Below, piece after piece: positions 15,807-25,440 of a DNA stretch of 28,692 nt. Both the position numbers and the translations under genes were made by a program. Source of the stretch: a virus (lineage: Duplodnaviria > Caudoviricetes); the IMG/VR virus record IMGVR_UViG_3300049472_000072, positions 1-28,692 of that record; one strand, given 5' to 3'. Within the stretch, counting starts at the first letter, position 1. Every line of letters begins with the position of its first letter. Below the pieces are notes generated by a model that worked only from the letters and a program-made list of their open reading frames with translations, was not told the DNA's origin and did no database searches.

Positions 15807-16055
15807 ATGAATAGTAAGTGGATTTTCACAAACGAGAAGTTGCAAGAGTACGTTATTGGGAGCGATAAAAAGGTTTACAAAAAGCCTTTCGTCTCCCACA
15901 AGCGTTACTTTGGCTATAGGGAGGTAAAAATGCAATATCCAGAAAGGTATCGCTTGAATGGTCAATGGTGGTCTAAGGCTCAACTAAAACAGCATATTGC
16001 ATTGAACCCAAACCCAGAGATTATTTTTGAGAATGGGAAAGATACCCCTTGGTAG
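15807..16055 (+). CDS. hypothetical basic protein with its own promoter
   Basis: TATATTTG at 15795-15802 just upstream of the ATG. Confidence 0.65.
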   Translation: MNSKWIFTNEKLQEYVIGSDKKVYKKPFVSHKRYFGYREVKMQYPERYRLNGQWWSKAQLKQHIALNPNPEIIFENGKDTPW

Positions 16056-16619
16056 TCATCTAGGTATAAAAAAACCAGCAACAAAGCCAGTAGCATTCCC
16101 AGCAACAAAGCCACGTAAAAACCATTTGGCATTCGTCCCAAACTTTTGCTTTTTAGTTATAAATACAGTATCGACCCTTAACGATTTTACCGAGTCGGTT
16201 ATTTTGGTGTTAATTGTTAACTGTGGCACGTTAAATTTGATTGAGCGACCTTTTACCTTATTATCGCTTATCGTGTCTATAATCGTATATTTTACGCCTT
16301 CTTTTGTTCCTGTGTCCAAAGTTGAATAAACGGAGTCGCAAGGGCTGTAAACGTAGCTAGGTTGGCGTTCGGTTGTGTCATGCTTGGCTCTTGGTTTTAA
16401 CCATCTATTTATAATCACTGGCTTTGTGTTTGCGATTATTTCTTTCAGGATTTTTATACTATCAACTTCGATAGTTCTTTTGGTTTCGATTACCGTTTCT
16501 TTGCCCTGTTTTTTTGTTACTGTGACGTTTTCTTTTCTTTCGCATCCTTGGTAAAGCAAAAGAAACAACGCTACTACTGAGAAGATAATTGCTAGTATGT
16601 TTTTTATGGTGTTTTTCAT
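16056..16619 (-). CDS. membrane-anchored protein, possibly spanin-like
   Basis: N-terminal TM ending QGC, beta-rich middle, C-terminal hydrophobic segment; lies downstream of the lysis genes. Confidence 0.55.
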   Translation of the reverse strand: MKNTIKNILAIIFSVVALFLLLYQGCERKENVTVTKKQGKETVIETKRTIEVDSIKILKEIIANTKPVIINRWLKPRAKHDTTERQPSYVYSPCDSVYSTLDTGTKEGVKYTIIDTISDNKVKGRSIKFNVPQLTINTKITDSVKSLRVDTVFITKKQKFGTNAKWFLRGFVAGNATGFVAGFFIPR

Positions 16620-16659
16620 GTTGTTGTTTTTATTATGGCAAATTTACTATATATTTGTG

Positions 16660-16747
16660 ATACCCTTGATGGGATTAACAATCAAGTTCGGTCTTCGTTT
16701 GAAGACAAGAAATCGAGAAGCGCAAGCCTAGAAGCTTTGCGCTTTTT
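16660..16747 (+). ncRNA. candidate small RNA
   Basis: Promoter TATATTTG at 16650-16657, small hairpins, terminator AAGCGCAAGC/GCTTTGCGCTTTTT, no credible ORF. Confidence 0.4.
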
Positions 16748-16877
16748 GCTTTTATAAAATGTTTTCGTATATTTGTGATATGATTCGCTCTGACAATAAG
16801 AATCAAACCCATTAAGGATAAAGCCCTTTCAAAGAAAGTAACGAGGTCAGAGCCGTTGCGAGTATTTGGGAGGGCTT
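16745..16877 (+). promoter_or_regulatory. promoter plus kissing-loop structured leader
   Basis: TTTG-19-TATATTTG; loop GCTCTGAC (16787-16794) is complementary to loop GTCAGAGC (16846-16853). Confidence 0.65.
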
Positions 16878-16895
16878 ATTTCATTTTGAAGTATC

Positions 16896-17423
16896 ATGGA
16901 AAATATATCAGATACTAAATATTGTAAGTATTGCGAATCTGATAAACCTATCGTGCGCTTTAGAATAAGATTTGACAAGAGAAGGGAGCCTCCACTTGAA
17001 TATCTCAATAATAAATGCAAAGACTGTGATGCCGAATACACAAGACAAAGGCACTACTCATTAAAAGACGACCCAGAATATAAGAAGAAAAACAGCAAGC
17101 GTTCTTCTGAATATGCTAAAAGGACTGGGAAATCAAAAGCAAGATGGCAAAAAGAAAATGATGACCCAAAAAGAATAAATGCACTAAAAGAATGGAGAGA
17201 AAATAATAGATGGCGTGTTTCTGAATTGCACAAAATAGCAGTTGGTAAGTACCACACGTATAATATGTCAAATATGACAGACGTATATATTGCTAGAAAA
17301 ATAAAAGACCAATTCCCTTGGATGGAAAGGGTTGATATTTTGAGAGACAAAGAATTGATGGATTTAAAAAGAGCGGAAATTTTAATTTACAGATTAAACA
17401 AACATAGCAATGGCAAAAAATAG
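16896..17423 (+). CDS. Zn-finger (CxxC..CxxC) basic protein
   Basis: CKYC...CKDC N-terminus, as seen in phage endonuclease-associated Zn ribbons. Confidence 0.75.
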   Translation: MENISDTKYCKYCESDKPIVRFRIRFDKRREPPLEYLNNKCKDCDAEYTRQRHYSLKDDPEYKKKNSKRSSEYAKRTGKSKARWQKENDDPKRINALKEWRENNRWRVSELHKIAVGKYHTYNMSNMTDVYIARKIKDQFPWMERVDILRDKELMDLKRAEILIYRLNKHSNGKK

Positions 17424-17934
17424 ACTTACTGAATTAAACGAAATACTTTTCAACCAACTCCATTCTTTGATAGAAAAAGGTGATAAGGAAATCGAAAAAA
17501 GCAGAGCAGTCGCAGGACTGGCAAAAGAGATAGTAAACTCCCACAAGCTTGTATTGGACGCTTCGAAGTTCGCAGTAAACCACGGGTTTATCATTTCAAA
17601 TACTGGTCAACAATCTACCATATTAGACCAGTTTGGGATATACAAAAACCATTCAAGTTTAGCAGAATCTACTAAACCAATAATAAAAGAACCCGAACAA
17701 TCAAATACGTTTGGCTATAAAAATACATGGGTGCCATCTCAGAAAGTAAAGTATATTTTAGCTAGTGGCGGTCTTGGTCTTTTAGCTATCCGTAACAACA
17801 TCGAAATGTTAGATAGCACATGGAGTATGTCCGACATTGAACTTGAAATATTACTCGAAGAAATGATTGATAATGGCGAGGTCAAGAAGGAAATAAAGAA
17901 AGATAGAAGTTTCTATTCCTTAGCATTTCTGTAA
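17410..17934 (+). CDS. phage protein with helical N-terminal domain and wHTH-like C-terminus
   Basis: NRLTELNEILFNQL...EIEKSRAVAGLAKEIVN; C-terminal LEEMIDNGEV..RSFYSL. Confidence 0.7.
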   Translation: MAKNRLTELNEILFNQLHSLIEKGDKEIEKSRAVAGLAKEIVNSHKLVLDASKFAVNHGFIISNTGQQSTILDQFGIYKNHSSLAESTKPIIKEPEQSNTFGYKNTWVPSQKVKYILASGGLGLLAIRNNIEMLDSTWSMSDIELEILLEEMIDNGEVKKEIKKDRSFYSLAFL

Positions 17935-17961
17935 TCACTCAATCTATTTTCTGACTAGCAG

Positions 17962-18384
17962 TTATTGCATCAACAAATAGTAAGTAGTAGCAAATGTAGT
18001 AACAAGCAAAATCACTTTAATAACAAAGACAATTTCGCCCGCTCTTGAGCCAAATAACCACCTTTGTAATTTATCCATATCAGAAGTAGTACCAACAAAT
18101 AAAGTAGGCTGTTTGATTAATTTATTGTAGGTCAATTCGAATTCTATCCAGAACAAAAAACCTGAATAAGCAAGCATTGAAAAGAATAGATAGATGTCGT
18201 ATGCAACCCATTTAAACACGATTGCGGAACTGCCAGACATCAATAGCACCCTAACAACAAAACGTGTCCAATGCTTTATTTGCTTTCGGTACGTTATTTT
18301 TATAATAGCGTCAATATGTGCGTTTACTTTTGCTACCAAGTAAGCAAAAAATGACAGCCAGCAAATAACTAAAAGAGTAATCAC
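17962..18384 (-). CDS. multi-pass membrane protein
   Basis: About four hydrophobic segments. Confidence 0.7.
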   Translation of the reverse strand: MITLLVICWLSFFAYLVAKVNAHIDAIIKITYRKQIKHWTRFVVRVLLMSGSSAIVFKWVAYDIYLFFSMLAYSGFLFWIEFELTYNKLIKQPTLFVGTTSDMDKLQRWLFGSRAGEIVFVIKVILLVTTFATTYYLLMQ

Positions 18385-18563
18385 TTTATTTTCGTTAGAA
18401 ATAGTCCCAATATGGTAGTCAACCCAGAATAAAACGGGATAGTGCCAGCTATTTCAAGCACATTTGAATAATCTGTAAAGAATGGGATGCTACTCAAATA
18501 AAGCATAAAAGCCCCTGTCGTTACGGCAACGAATGCGATTTTAAACAATGTGTCCTTTGTCAT
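18381..18563 (-). CDS. two-TM small membrane protein
   Basis: Hydrophobic 60-aa ORF with ATGA-type overlap. Confidence 0.6.
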   Translation of the reverse strand: MTKDTLFKIAFVAVTTGAFMLYLSSIPFFTDYSNVLEIAGTIPFYSGLTTILGLFLTKIK

Positions 18564-18658
18564 CTTACTTTTCGTTTATGATTAAAACCACTTTTCTTTT
18601 TCTATCCAAAGAGGTTACTATGTTGCTTGACGGTGAATGGATGCAAGATTGGGTCATC

Positions 18659-18877
18659 TTATTTTAGTTTTTCTATTTCAAGACACGCTATTAACTTGTT
18701 TGCCACAAATGCCAATAGAGTCACAATCAAAGCATAGGTTGCGTCCGATGCAATATAAGTCGCCCCTGTGATTAATGCAAAGAACCCATCACTTACATTT
18801 TGAAGATTCACCACATATTCGCTCGATTTTTGCCCAAGGTTCAATAAAGACCAAGACCATTTCCATTTTGTTACCAT
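18659..18877 (-). CDS. putative holin
   Basis: Small TM protein directly after the endolysin. Confidence 0.5.
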   Translation of the reverse strand: MVTKWKWSWSLLNLGQKSSEYVVNLQNVSDGFFALITGATYIASDATYALIVTLLAFVANKLIACLEIEKLK

Positions 18878-18884
18878 TGTGTTA

Positions 18885-19343
18885 TTATATATCTAATTTG
18901 CCAGTTGTGTATAATTTTGCCTCTGAAATCCTTCTGGTTACAAGCCCTTGTAATGTTTTACCGCCTGCTTTTACCCACTTTTGAAACTCACTCGAAATAG
19001 TCAAGTCGTGCGGATTCTTGTTTACTTTTTTCAACAAAGTAGACCCTCGCAATGCTTGCGAACCAAGATTATACGCAAAAGAAACAAGCGCATCAAACTG
19101 GTCTTGTGTAATGTCGTCACGGGTCATCTTGTCAACTTCAAGCTCAAAGAACCGTAAAGTACCCATTAACAAATCTGTTGCCCGTTCTTTGTCAATTACA
19201 TCGGTAATCTTAACCCTGTCACCATTTTCATAATAGGTTGAACCATACCCAATAGTAACAACACCCGCAGGGCATTTGTAGGCATTTGCACGAAACCCCT
19301 CAAAATGCTTTATCAACTCGACTCCTTTTGTGCCAATTTTCAT
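18885..19343 (-). CDS. GH24 phage lysozyme (endolysin)
   Basis: IKHFEG...AYKCPAGVVTIGYG, QFDALVSFAYNLG, STLLKK, GLVTRR.SE. Confidence 0.95.
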   Translation of the reverse strand: MKIGTKGVELIKHFEGFRANAYKCPAGVVTIGYGSTYYENGDRVKITDVIDKERATDLLMGTLRFFELEVDKMTRDDITQDQFDALVSFAYNLGSQALRGSTLLKKVNKNPHDLTISSEFQKWVKAGGKTLQGLVTRRISEAKLYTTGKLDI

Positions 19344-19344
19344 A

Positions 19345-19761
19345 TTATTCGCTATCTATATCAAAACTCTTTAAATCAATACCCTTTTCTTTGCAAATCA
19401 ATTGAAGCCCAACAAATATGATTTGCATTTTTTTGTTGTCTTGTTTTTTCTCCATCCTAGATTCAGTAACAAAATTACCCAATGTATTTTTCAAGTCATG
19501 CACGGACGTTTTGAAGCTATTGAAATCCGATTCTACCATGTTAACCTTTGCCGATACCTTAGCAAATTCGGCGTTCATTGCGTCAAACTTACTATCTATC
19601 CCGATGTTTCGAGATTCAAATTTCTTTTCCAAATCAAGTTGTTTTATGTCATCCGACTTGCCTTTGGATTTAAAGTTTTTCACCTCATTCCATAAATACA
19701 TAATCGCAATCAACAGCGTAATTGGCGTTATCCCGTGTTCCTGAAAAAATGTCAACTCCAT
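19345..19761 (-). CDS. N-terminal TM plus coiled-coil protein (holin/antiholin-like)
   Basis: Single TM followed by heptads; immediately upstream of the lysozyme. Confidence 0.6.
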   Translation of the reverse strand: MELTFFQEHGITPITLLIAIMYLWNEVKNFKSKGKSDDIKQLDLEKKFESRNIGIDSKFDAMNAEFAKVSAKVNMVESDFNSFKTSVHDLKNTLGNFVTESRMEKKQDNKKMQIIFVGLQLICKEKGIDLKSFDIDSE

Positions 19762-19772
19762 GCCACTTTTAT

Positions 19773-20342
19773 TTAATCGTTTCCTTTCAATCTAGTATCT
19801 ATCCACTCCCTACGCTTTGGTCTGCTTTCATAAACCAAAAAAGGTTTTAAGTCTCTTTGCAAATCTTGTGGGTCGCATTGTCTCCAATCCTGTCTTTTAC
19901 AGAATCTTGCCGTCAATGTGCTGCAAGTGTAACCGTCCTTAACTCCTAATTTATTCAATAATTTACGGAATAAATTACTAGTTTTAATAGGATAGTAGTT
20001 GAACCACTGATTCCATAATTGAAACAATAATTCTTCAAAAGCATACCTACTTCCTATTGCATTGTCCAATACTTCAAAATCTACGGGGACGTTTCTATAA
20101 ACAGCTATTTCCCTGTATTTGCCTACATCGTTTGAATATTCTTCCGTAGAATATGACTCACAAACACCTTGTGCTATTGCTTCTACTATTTTGCCATTTT
20201 TTACTTGAGCGCAATGATGATAATAACGTCTCGTATTGATTTGAATCAACCAAGGCAACCCGTTAAATTTTGGGGCATCAGAATAGTTGTGCACTAAAAT
20301 TATATCTCCGTTCTGTAATTTAAAATCCTTCATTAGCATCAA
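19773..20342 (-). CDS. permuted papain-like amidase (YaeF/YiiX, C92)
   Basis: LQNGDIILV, HHCA, IVEA..GV, IGSRY, YTCSTL; His precedes Cys. Confidence 0.8.
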   Translation of the reverse strand: MMLMKDFKLQNGDIILVHNYSDAPKFNGLPWLIQINTRRYYHHCAQVKNGKIVEAIAQGVCESYSTEEYSNDVGKYREIAVYRNVPVDFEVLDNAIGSRYAFEELLFQLWNQWFNYYPIKTSNLFRKLLNKLGVKDGYTCSTLTARFCKRQDWRQCDPQDLQRDLKPFLVYESRPKRREWIDTRLKGND

Positions 20343-20791
20343 ATGTTAAACAACCCCCTAGAGTCCGACACCGCAACCGATTGTAACAACATATTTTTTA
20401 AAACAATAGCATTGCCCAAATACGCAATATAGAAGTCAAATTCCCCAATTGTTCTCGCTTCAAATTCCTCTTGTGTCTCTGGTCTATCGTAAGTCGTTTC
20501 GTCTGGTAACGTCTCCGTTATCGTTGCGATAGTTTCGACCCCAAATGTAATCGGGTTAAGCCTTGTGGTATTTTTTGCACGAAGCAACCTTTCATAAGGT
20601 CTATTTCTTTCGCTTCCATCTTCTGCCAAACGAACATAATTGTCTTCACAATAATACACAAGGCAATGAAGGTGTATCTCACCAGCAATCATTGTGAATA
20701 TTGTCACATCCAAATCTCTTTTACGATTACCCTTTGGGTCGTTTGAGATTTGAATCCTAGAAAAGTCTTGGGTGATAGGTTTTGTGTACAT
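20339..20791 (-). CDS. hypothetical protein (fibre-assembly position)
   Basis: ORF following the fibre-like gene. Confidence 0.65.
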   Translation of the reverse strand: MYTKPITQDFSRIQISNDPKGNRKRDLDVTIFTMIAGEIHLHCLVYYCEDNYVRLAEDGSERNRPYERLLRAKNTTRLNPITFGVETIATITETLPDETTYDRPETQEEFEARTIGEFDFYIAYLGNAIVLKNMLLQSVAVSDSRGLFNI

Positions 20792-20795
20792 ATGT

Positions 20796-22013
20796 TTATG
20801 ATTTTGTGACCCTTACTGTCAAAAATGGGATAGTCAAATTTGAGTCATTCACTGTTGATTGTGCCGTAAATACCAAATAAGTAGCAACCGTTTTGTTAAA
20901 TGCTGGGGAGCCAAGTATAGTAGTACCATCTTGTAAAGAGTTGGTTGCTGGCGCTATTGTCGTGTTTGCAACCGTTGGCTGGTAAAAGAAAATAGTCCTT
21001 TTAAACCACCCCACACTTGCCGCTGAACTTCTTAACGCTACCTGAACGGGACTTCCTGACAAATCGGGCGTTGCGTTAAAATAGATCCTCCAACTCGCAC
21101 TATTGGTCGGGGAGTTAATTATCTGGTCTATCTCCATAATGGAATCGGCTGTCAGATAATTGGCTGGTATCAACTTAGTTGAATATACCCTTTCCGTGTT
21201 ATCCGTAGTGACTGTTGAACTTATTTGCGAATGGAATATCTTTGCATCCCTTGGGTCTGATAAACGAGAGTCGGTAGTATCAACTGGAGTAAATCCTAGC
21301 AAATCAGGAACTGTCCTATACGCTCCACTACCTGCAAATGCCTTGTTTTGGTCGCCTGCTGACGGTGCGGGTACTCTACCCGATGTACCTCCCAATCCAG
21401 CCGTTGCGCCTGTCATGACAGCTATTGCATTGGCTGCTACTTTTTGAAGTGCTGTTAGGATAGTATCTGTGTTTGTTACAGTCCCAACTCCTGCAACAAA
21501 ACTTGTCAATGTAGCTGCAATAGTAAGAGCATTTGACCAATATTTATTTGTAGAACCTTCTGCAATGTCGTCAGTATCTAAAACAACCGTACCAGTCTGT
21601 CCGTTCACACTATCCACAGCACCACCTCCTCCAGTGCTTACACCACCCACTATAACATTTATATTATTTAATGAGTCATACGCAATCATTACGACTTGCT
21701 CTGGCTGCAATTCAACATCCGCACCCGTTCCTGTTATGATGTCGTCACCACCTGTACCCGCATTGTTTTTCAATGTAATTATCTCTGTCGAACTGTTTCG
21801 TATTATCTTGACTCCTTTTGACGTGTTTCTTATATCTGTAATGTCAAATGGCGCACTAGCTTCAAGACTAAAATAATGCGGCTCTTCTGGGTCACTCAAA
21901 TCGAGTGTGGAAGTAGTAAGCTCTATCTGTACAGGAGTCGCAAGATGCCAGAAACTATCATCTATACCCCCAGATAAATCTACTTTCCCTATTTTTTTTG
22001 CGTACTTAGTCAT
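20796..22013 (-). CDS. tail fibre/virion structural protein
   Basis: G/T/S-rich; VDSVNGQTGTVVLDTDDIAEGSTNKY and DSRLSDPR fibre motifs. Confidence 0.7.
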   Translation of the reverse strand: MTKYAKKIGKVDLSGGIDDSFWHLATPVQIELTTSTLDLSDPEEPHYFSLEASAPFDITDIRNTSKGVKIIRNSSTEIITLKNNAGTGGDDIITGTGADVELQPEQVVMIAYDSLNNINVIVGGVSTGGGGAVDSVNGQTGTVVLDTDDIAEGSTNKYWSNALTIAATLTSFVAGVGTVTNTDTILTALQKVAANAIAVMTGATAGLGGTSGRVPAPSAGDQNKAFAGSGAYRTVPDLLGFTPVDTTDSRLSDPRDAKIFHSQISSTVTTDNTERVYSTKLIPANYLTADSIMEIDQIINSPTNSASWRIYFNATPDLSGSPVQVALRSSAASVGWFKRTIFFYQPTVANTTIAPATNSLQDGTTILGSPAFNKTVATYLVFTAQSTVNDSNLTIPFLTVRVTKS

Positions 22014-22016
22014 ATA

Positions 22017-23732
22017 CTATTGGTCTTCACGTGTATTTATACCACCAGTCACATACGTAGGGCTTCCAGTTGTAGATTTAGCTGCCAATGTTACCCATTC
22101 CCCTGGTTGTAATGTAACCTCCTCCATGTTTATATCGCTTGTACCTCCGAAATGGTGGTCAAATTCCCCCGTGTCTCCTAAATGTCCAGTCCATAATAAT
22201 TGGTCGCCAGTGCTATAAGTAACCGTTGTGGCTGCCGTGTCATACACACTACATGAATTACTAGCAAGAACTTGGAAACTAGGATTGCCAGCTAATGTCC
22301 CTCCTTTGATTAAGTAATAAATAACGGGTGACGTGTGTTTTATCGCACCTGAAATAGACAGTAAATTAATAACGCATTGGTTTGCTTTCCCCGCATAATA
22401 ACGAGTATTATAGATTGTCATTAATGCTTGAAGGTTCACCGCCCCAACTGTTGTAAGTTGATTGAAATAACTAAAGCGATTCCCATGCAATACTTTTAAC
22501 CCTTCAACAAAACCCGAAAACGATGCAACTTTTACACTTACGTCTGTTGTGCTTCCTGCTGAATAAGCAGCCATTGTAAACGGGAAACTAGGATTAGAGA
22601 AACTAGGTGACGTTAATGAATTTGGGATATTTATTACATGTACCGTTGCCCACGTTGGGTTGTTCCCTTCTAAACAAGTTTCGACTTTGAAAACTATTGC
22701 ACCAAAACCAAGATATTGAATACCTATTTGGAATACATTTCCCTTTGTCCAATCTGCCGTTACTCCACTTGAACCAGTACCATCCAATTTGTCCCCGTTC
22801 CAGTCTGATTGTGAAATAAACGTATCTGTACTTGCTACACCTGCTTTTGTTTGTGCGATAGTAGCTGCTGCACCTGTACTTCCTGCGGCAAAAGATTGTG
22901 TTCCTGCTGTTGTCCCTGCTGACTTACGAACAAATACAACTGTCGTGCTACTTGCTGGGTAGGCATCCCATCCTGTATAGCTTGCATAACTGGCTATTTC
23001 ATAAACAGTTTTTTGAATGTTACTCGCATTGGTCAAAGGAACTGTGAACGCTGTACCGTTTAGCGTTATTGTACAGTTGTTTGCACTTGTCGCCCCTGTG
23101 GTAACTGTCAAAGTCTTGACTTCACGAACGCCCCCTTTTACATACAATATACCAAATTCTGTGTTTGATAAATCGCTTGTGTCTCCGTACCCAAAATAAA
23201 CGCCATCACTTGCAGTCCCTACTCCTGCGATTGCGTAACTATTAGCAACAGGTGCGCTATATAGTGCCGTAAATCTTGCTACTACTCCCTGACCTGCTCT
23301 GTACCTTAATCTTTTTCTACCTAACAAAACAGCTTGCGAATAAATAGTAGTTCCTGTATTGCACGAAAATAAATTATCCGTTCCTGTAACTGCTCCAGAA
23401 CCACTTACCGTTGTAGTGCTTTGCCCTGAATTAATCCCATACACCGCATCTGTTTGGAATATAGGAATAAGACTTTCAGTATGAACGCTACCAAACGGCA
23501 ATAAAGGGTCGTGTATCGCTACTTCTGCATGACCCTCTGACGTGACTGCAAGTTTTTTGTTAGTGCCATTGTCTTGTTCACCGTATACAATCACTGGCGA
23601 CTTACTATCTGATAAAGCAGGGGTTTTGTTGTCAATGCTTGTCAGGATTGTTTGTTGTTCAGTAGACAAAACCACTGGTGCTGAATTAGCACTAGAAGCC
23701 TGACCGTTTGCGTTTGGAGGTGTATATGACAT
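22017..23732 (-). CDS. beta-rich virion structural protein
   Basis: 571 aa, T/S/G-rich; RYRAGQG, Q.DWNGDKLDGTG.SG and QYLGFG motifs. Confidence 0.7.
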   Translation of the reverse strand: MSYTPPNANGQASSANSAPVVLSTEQQTILTSIDNKTPALSDSKSPVIVYGEQDNGTNKKLAVTSEGHAEVAIHDPLLPFGSVHTESLIPIFQTDAVYGINSGQSTTTVSGSGAVTGTDNLFSCNTGTTIYSQAVLLGRKRLRYRAGQGVVARFTALYSAPVANSYAIAGVGTASDGVYFGYGDTSDLSNTEFGILYVKGGVREVKTLTVTTGATSANNCTITLNGTAFTVPLTNASNIQKTVYEIASYASYTGWDAYPASSTTVVFVRKSAGTTAGTQSFAAGSTGAAATIAQTKAGVASTDTFISQSDWNGDKLDGTGSSGVTADWTKGNVFQIGIQYLGFGAIVFKVETCLEGNNPTWATVHVINIPNSLTSPSFSNPSFPFTMAAYSAGSTTDVSVKVASFSGFVEGLKVLHGNRFSYFNQLTTVGAVNLQALMTIYNTRYYAGKANQCVINLLSISGAIKHTSPVIYYLIKGGTLAGNPSFQVLASNSCSVYDTAATTVTYSTGDQLLWTGHLGDTGEFDHHFGGTSDINMEEVTLQPGEWVTLAAKSTTGSPTYVTGGINTREDQ

Positions 23733-23736
23733 TTTC

Positions 23737-24882
23737 TTATCTTATTAACCAATTAGAACCATTTGAAATAAAATCCAAACTTAAATATGGAGTAGTCATT
23801 ACAATCGAACTACTACCATTTATTGTTTGAGAACTTGTTGTGTTTATTGTAGTCGAGCCACTTACAACCGTAACCGTATATTTGTTTATGTTCCCAATTG
23901 CAGTCGGCAAAGTTAATGTATTAGTCCCCGTGCAATTTTCTACATAATCAGTTAATGCAGCCGCCCCCAATGTAACCGTAACACCTGCCCTATTTTCAAT
24001 TACACGAACTATCCCTGTCTGCCCGCTGGGAACTAATGTAGTCTCAATGTACGTCTCGTCAGGATTAAACTCCAATTCAGTCGTACTTTTTGCAGTCCCT
24101 ATGCTTCTAACTATAATGCCCTCCGTATCAGGAATATCATCATACAAACAAATAGCACCACTCGCCCCAACGTAGTATAATTCTCCCGCTGTTAATCCAG
24201 AAAACCCGTCTTTTAACCCGATTGACAGAGATTCCCCCGTAGCATTGGCTGTTATTGTCGCATCCGTTACAAGTCGTAATTCAGTAGAACATGTAGCAAC
24301 CGTTAGATAGTCAGCTTTCCAATATTTGCCATCCGATTTTAAGTAAACCAAATCATTTTCAACTAAGTTTTCTCCTGCTGTTATTGTATCGGTTAAAGAA
24401 GTCCCTGAACCACCACCACCCGAAACAACTACCCAATCTCCTAGCTCGTTCAGATACTTTGTAGAATCACCGCTACTAGAAATACCTATACAATCCTTTA
24501 CGTCTTGACACGTTCTAATCAAAGGCGTATTTCTTGGTTGTACTACACATGTTGAATCCCCTTGAACGAATACTGTGGTAGTGCTAAGTAGATTAGTTGC
24601 TAAGTCTACATTTAGATTAGTTGCGCTCGATTGTGAGTATATCCTAGCCTCCCAATTGCCTACTACATTTAGATTTACTTCACCATCTAAAGGATTTGGC
24701 GTACCATAACCTCCTGAATCAGTAATTAAAATAATTGGTTTTAATGTACTTCCTAAATTTTGAAATATAGCCAATACTTCATCTTGGTTATACTGATTAG
24801 TAAACTTAATCAGGAAATAACCTAATGAGTTGGTTACATTCAACCTTACTCGTCTTGCAGTACCTTGTACTATCGCAAACAT
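23737..24882 (-). CDS. virion structural protein
   Basis: Modular; AGENL...VYLKSDGK.WKAD decoration/fibre motif; C-terminal SNGSNW. Confidence 0.65.
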   Translation of the reverse strand: MFAIVQGTARRVRLNVTNSLGYFLIKFTNQYNQDEVLAIFQNLGSTLKPIILITDSGGYGTPNPLDGEVNLNVVGNWEARIYSQSSATNLNVDLATNLLSTTTVFVQGDSTCVVQPRNTPLIRTCQDVKDCIGISSSGDSTKYLNELGDWVVVSGGGGSGTSLTDTITAGENLVENDLVYLKSDGKYWKADYLTVATCSTELRLVTDATITANATGESLSIGLKDGFSGLTAGELYYVGASGAICLYDDIPDTEGIIVRSIGTAKSTTELEFNPDETYIETTLVPSGQTGIVRVIENRAGVTVTLGAAALTDYVENCTGTNTLTLPTAIGNINKYTVTVVSGSTTINTTSSQTINGSSSIVMTTPYLSLDFISNGSNWLIR

Positions 24883-25440
24883 TTATTGGTGGTCTAGTAA
24901 GTTGTTGTTGACAATTTCCTGAATGCTTGGTTTTCTTGCTGGTCTACCAATTGACGTAATTTTAAAACCACCTGAACTACTTGAATCACAACCGCAATTA
25001 TCGTAAAATGGTGAAAAGCATTCTTTGTTAGTTGTCAAGAATAATTTTAAATCATGTTCATAAGTCAAGGCATCTTGGTCAGCTTGTGAAATCAATTCAC
25101 CTAATCTTTTATCTGTAATTACAGTGCTATTGTCTTCATTCCACGTCCTTAATCCTTTTTCAGTAGAATCGATGTTGGCATTATTCAAGTACCTAGAATA
25201 AGCTCTAAAAGATAGGTAAGGAATAATGCTATCAATCAAATCTTGGAAGTCAGGTGTAATAGTGCCCGCTTCAATTTGGGTCAATAATTCATTGTACAAG
25301 TCAACACAAAGGATAGGCTTGACGTACCTGTCTTGTGCGATAATTATAGAGCGTGTAATCTTGTCAGCATCTACGTTAAGAGCCAAATCTACCCACTCGT
25401 ATAACTGTTCGGGTGTGATTATGCTAATCCTGCAACTCAT
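24883..25440 (-). CDS. head-tail adaptor-like protein (DUF6712-like)
   Basis: NVD.DKI...I..AQD.YVKPIL..DLY..L; follows the portal gene. Confidence 0.7.
   Translation of the reverse strand: MSCRISIITPEQLYEWVDLALNVDADKITRSIIIAQDRYVKPILCVDLYNELLTQIEAGTITPDFQDLIDSIIPYLSFRAYSRYLNNANIDSTEKGLRTWNEDNSTVITDKRLGELISQADQDALTYEHDLKLFLTTNKECFSPFYDNCGCDSSSSGGFKITSIGRPARKPSIQEIVNNNLLDHQ

Noticed and set aside
19254-19301. Cys in place of the catalytic Asp in the lysozyme (E15-C24-T30)
   Set aside because: YxCPAGVxTIGYG is a common GH24 variant, not a novelty
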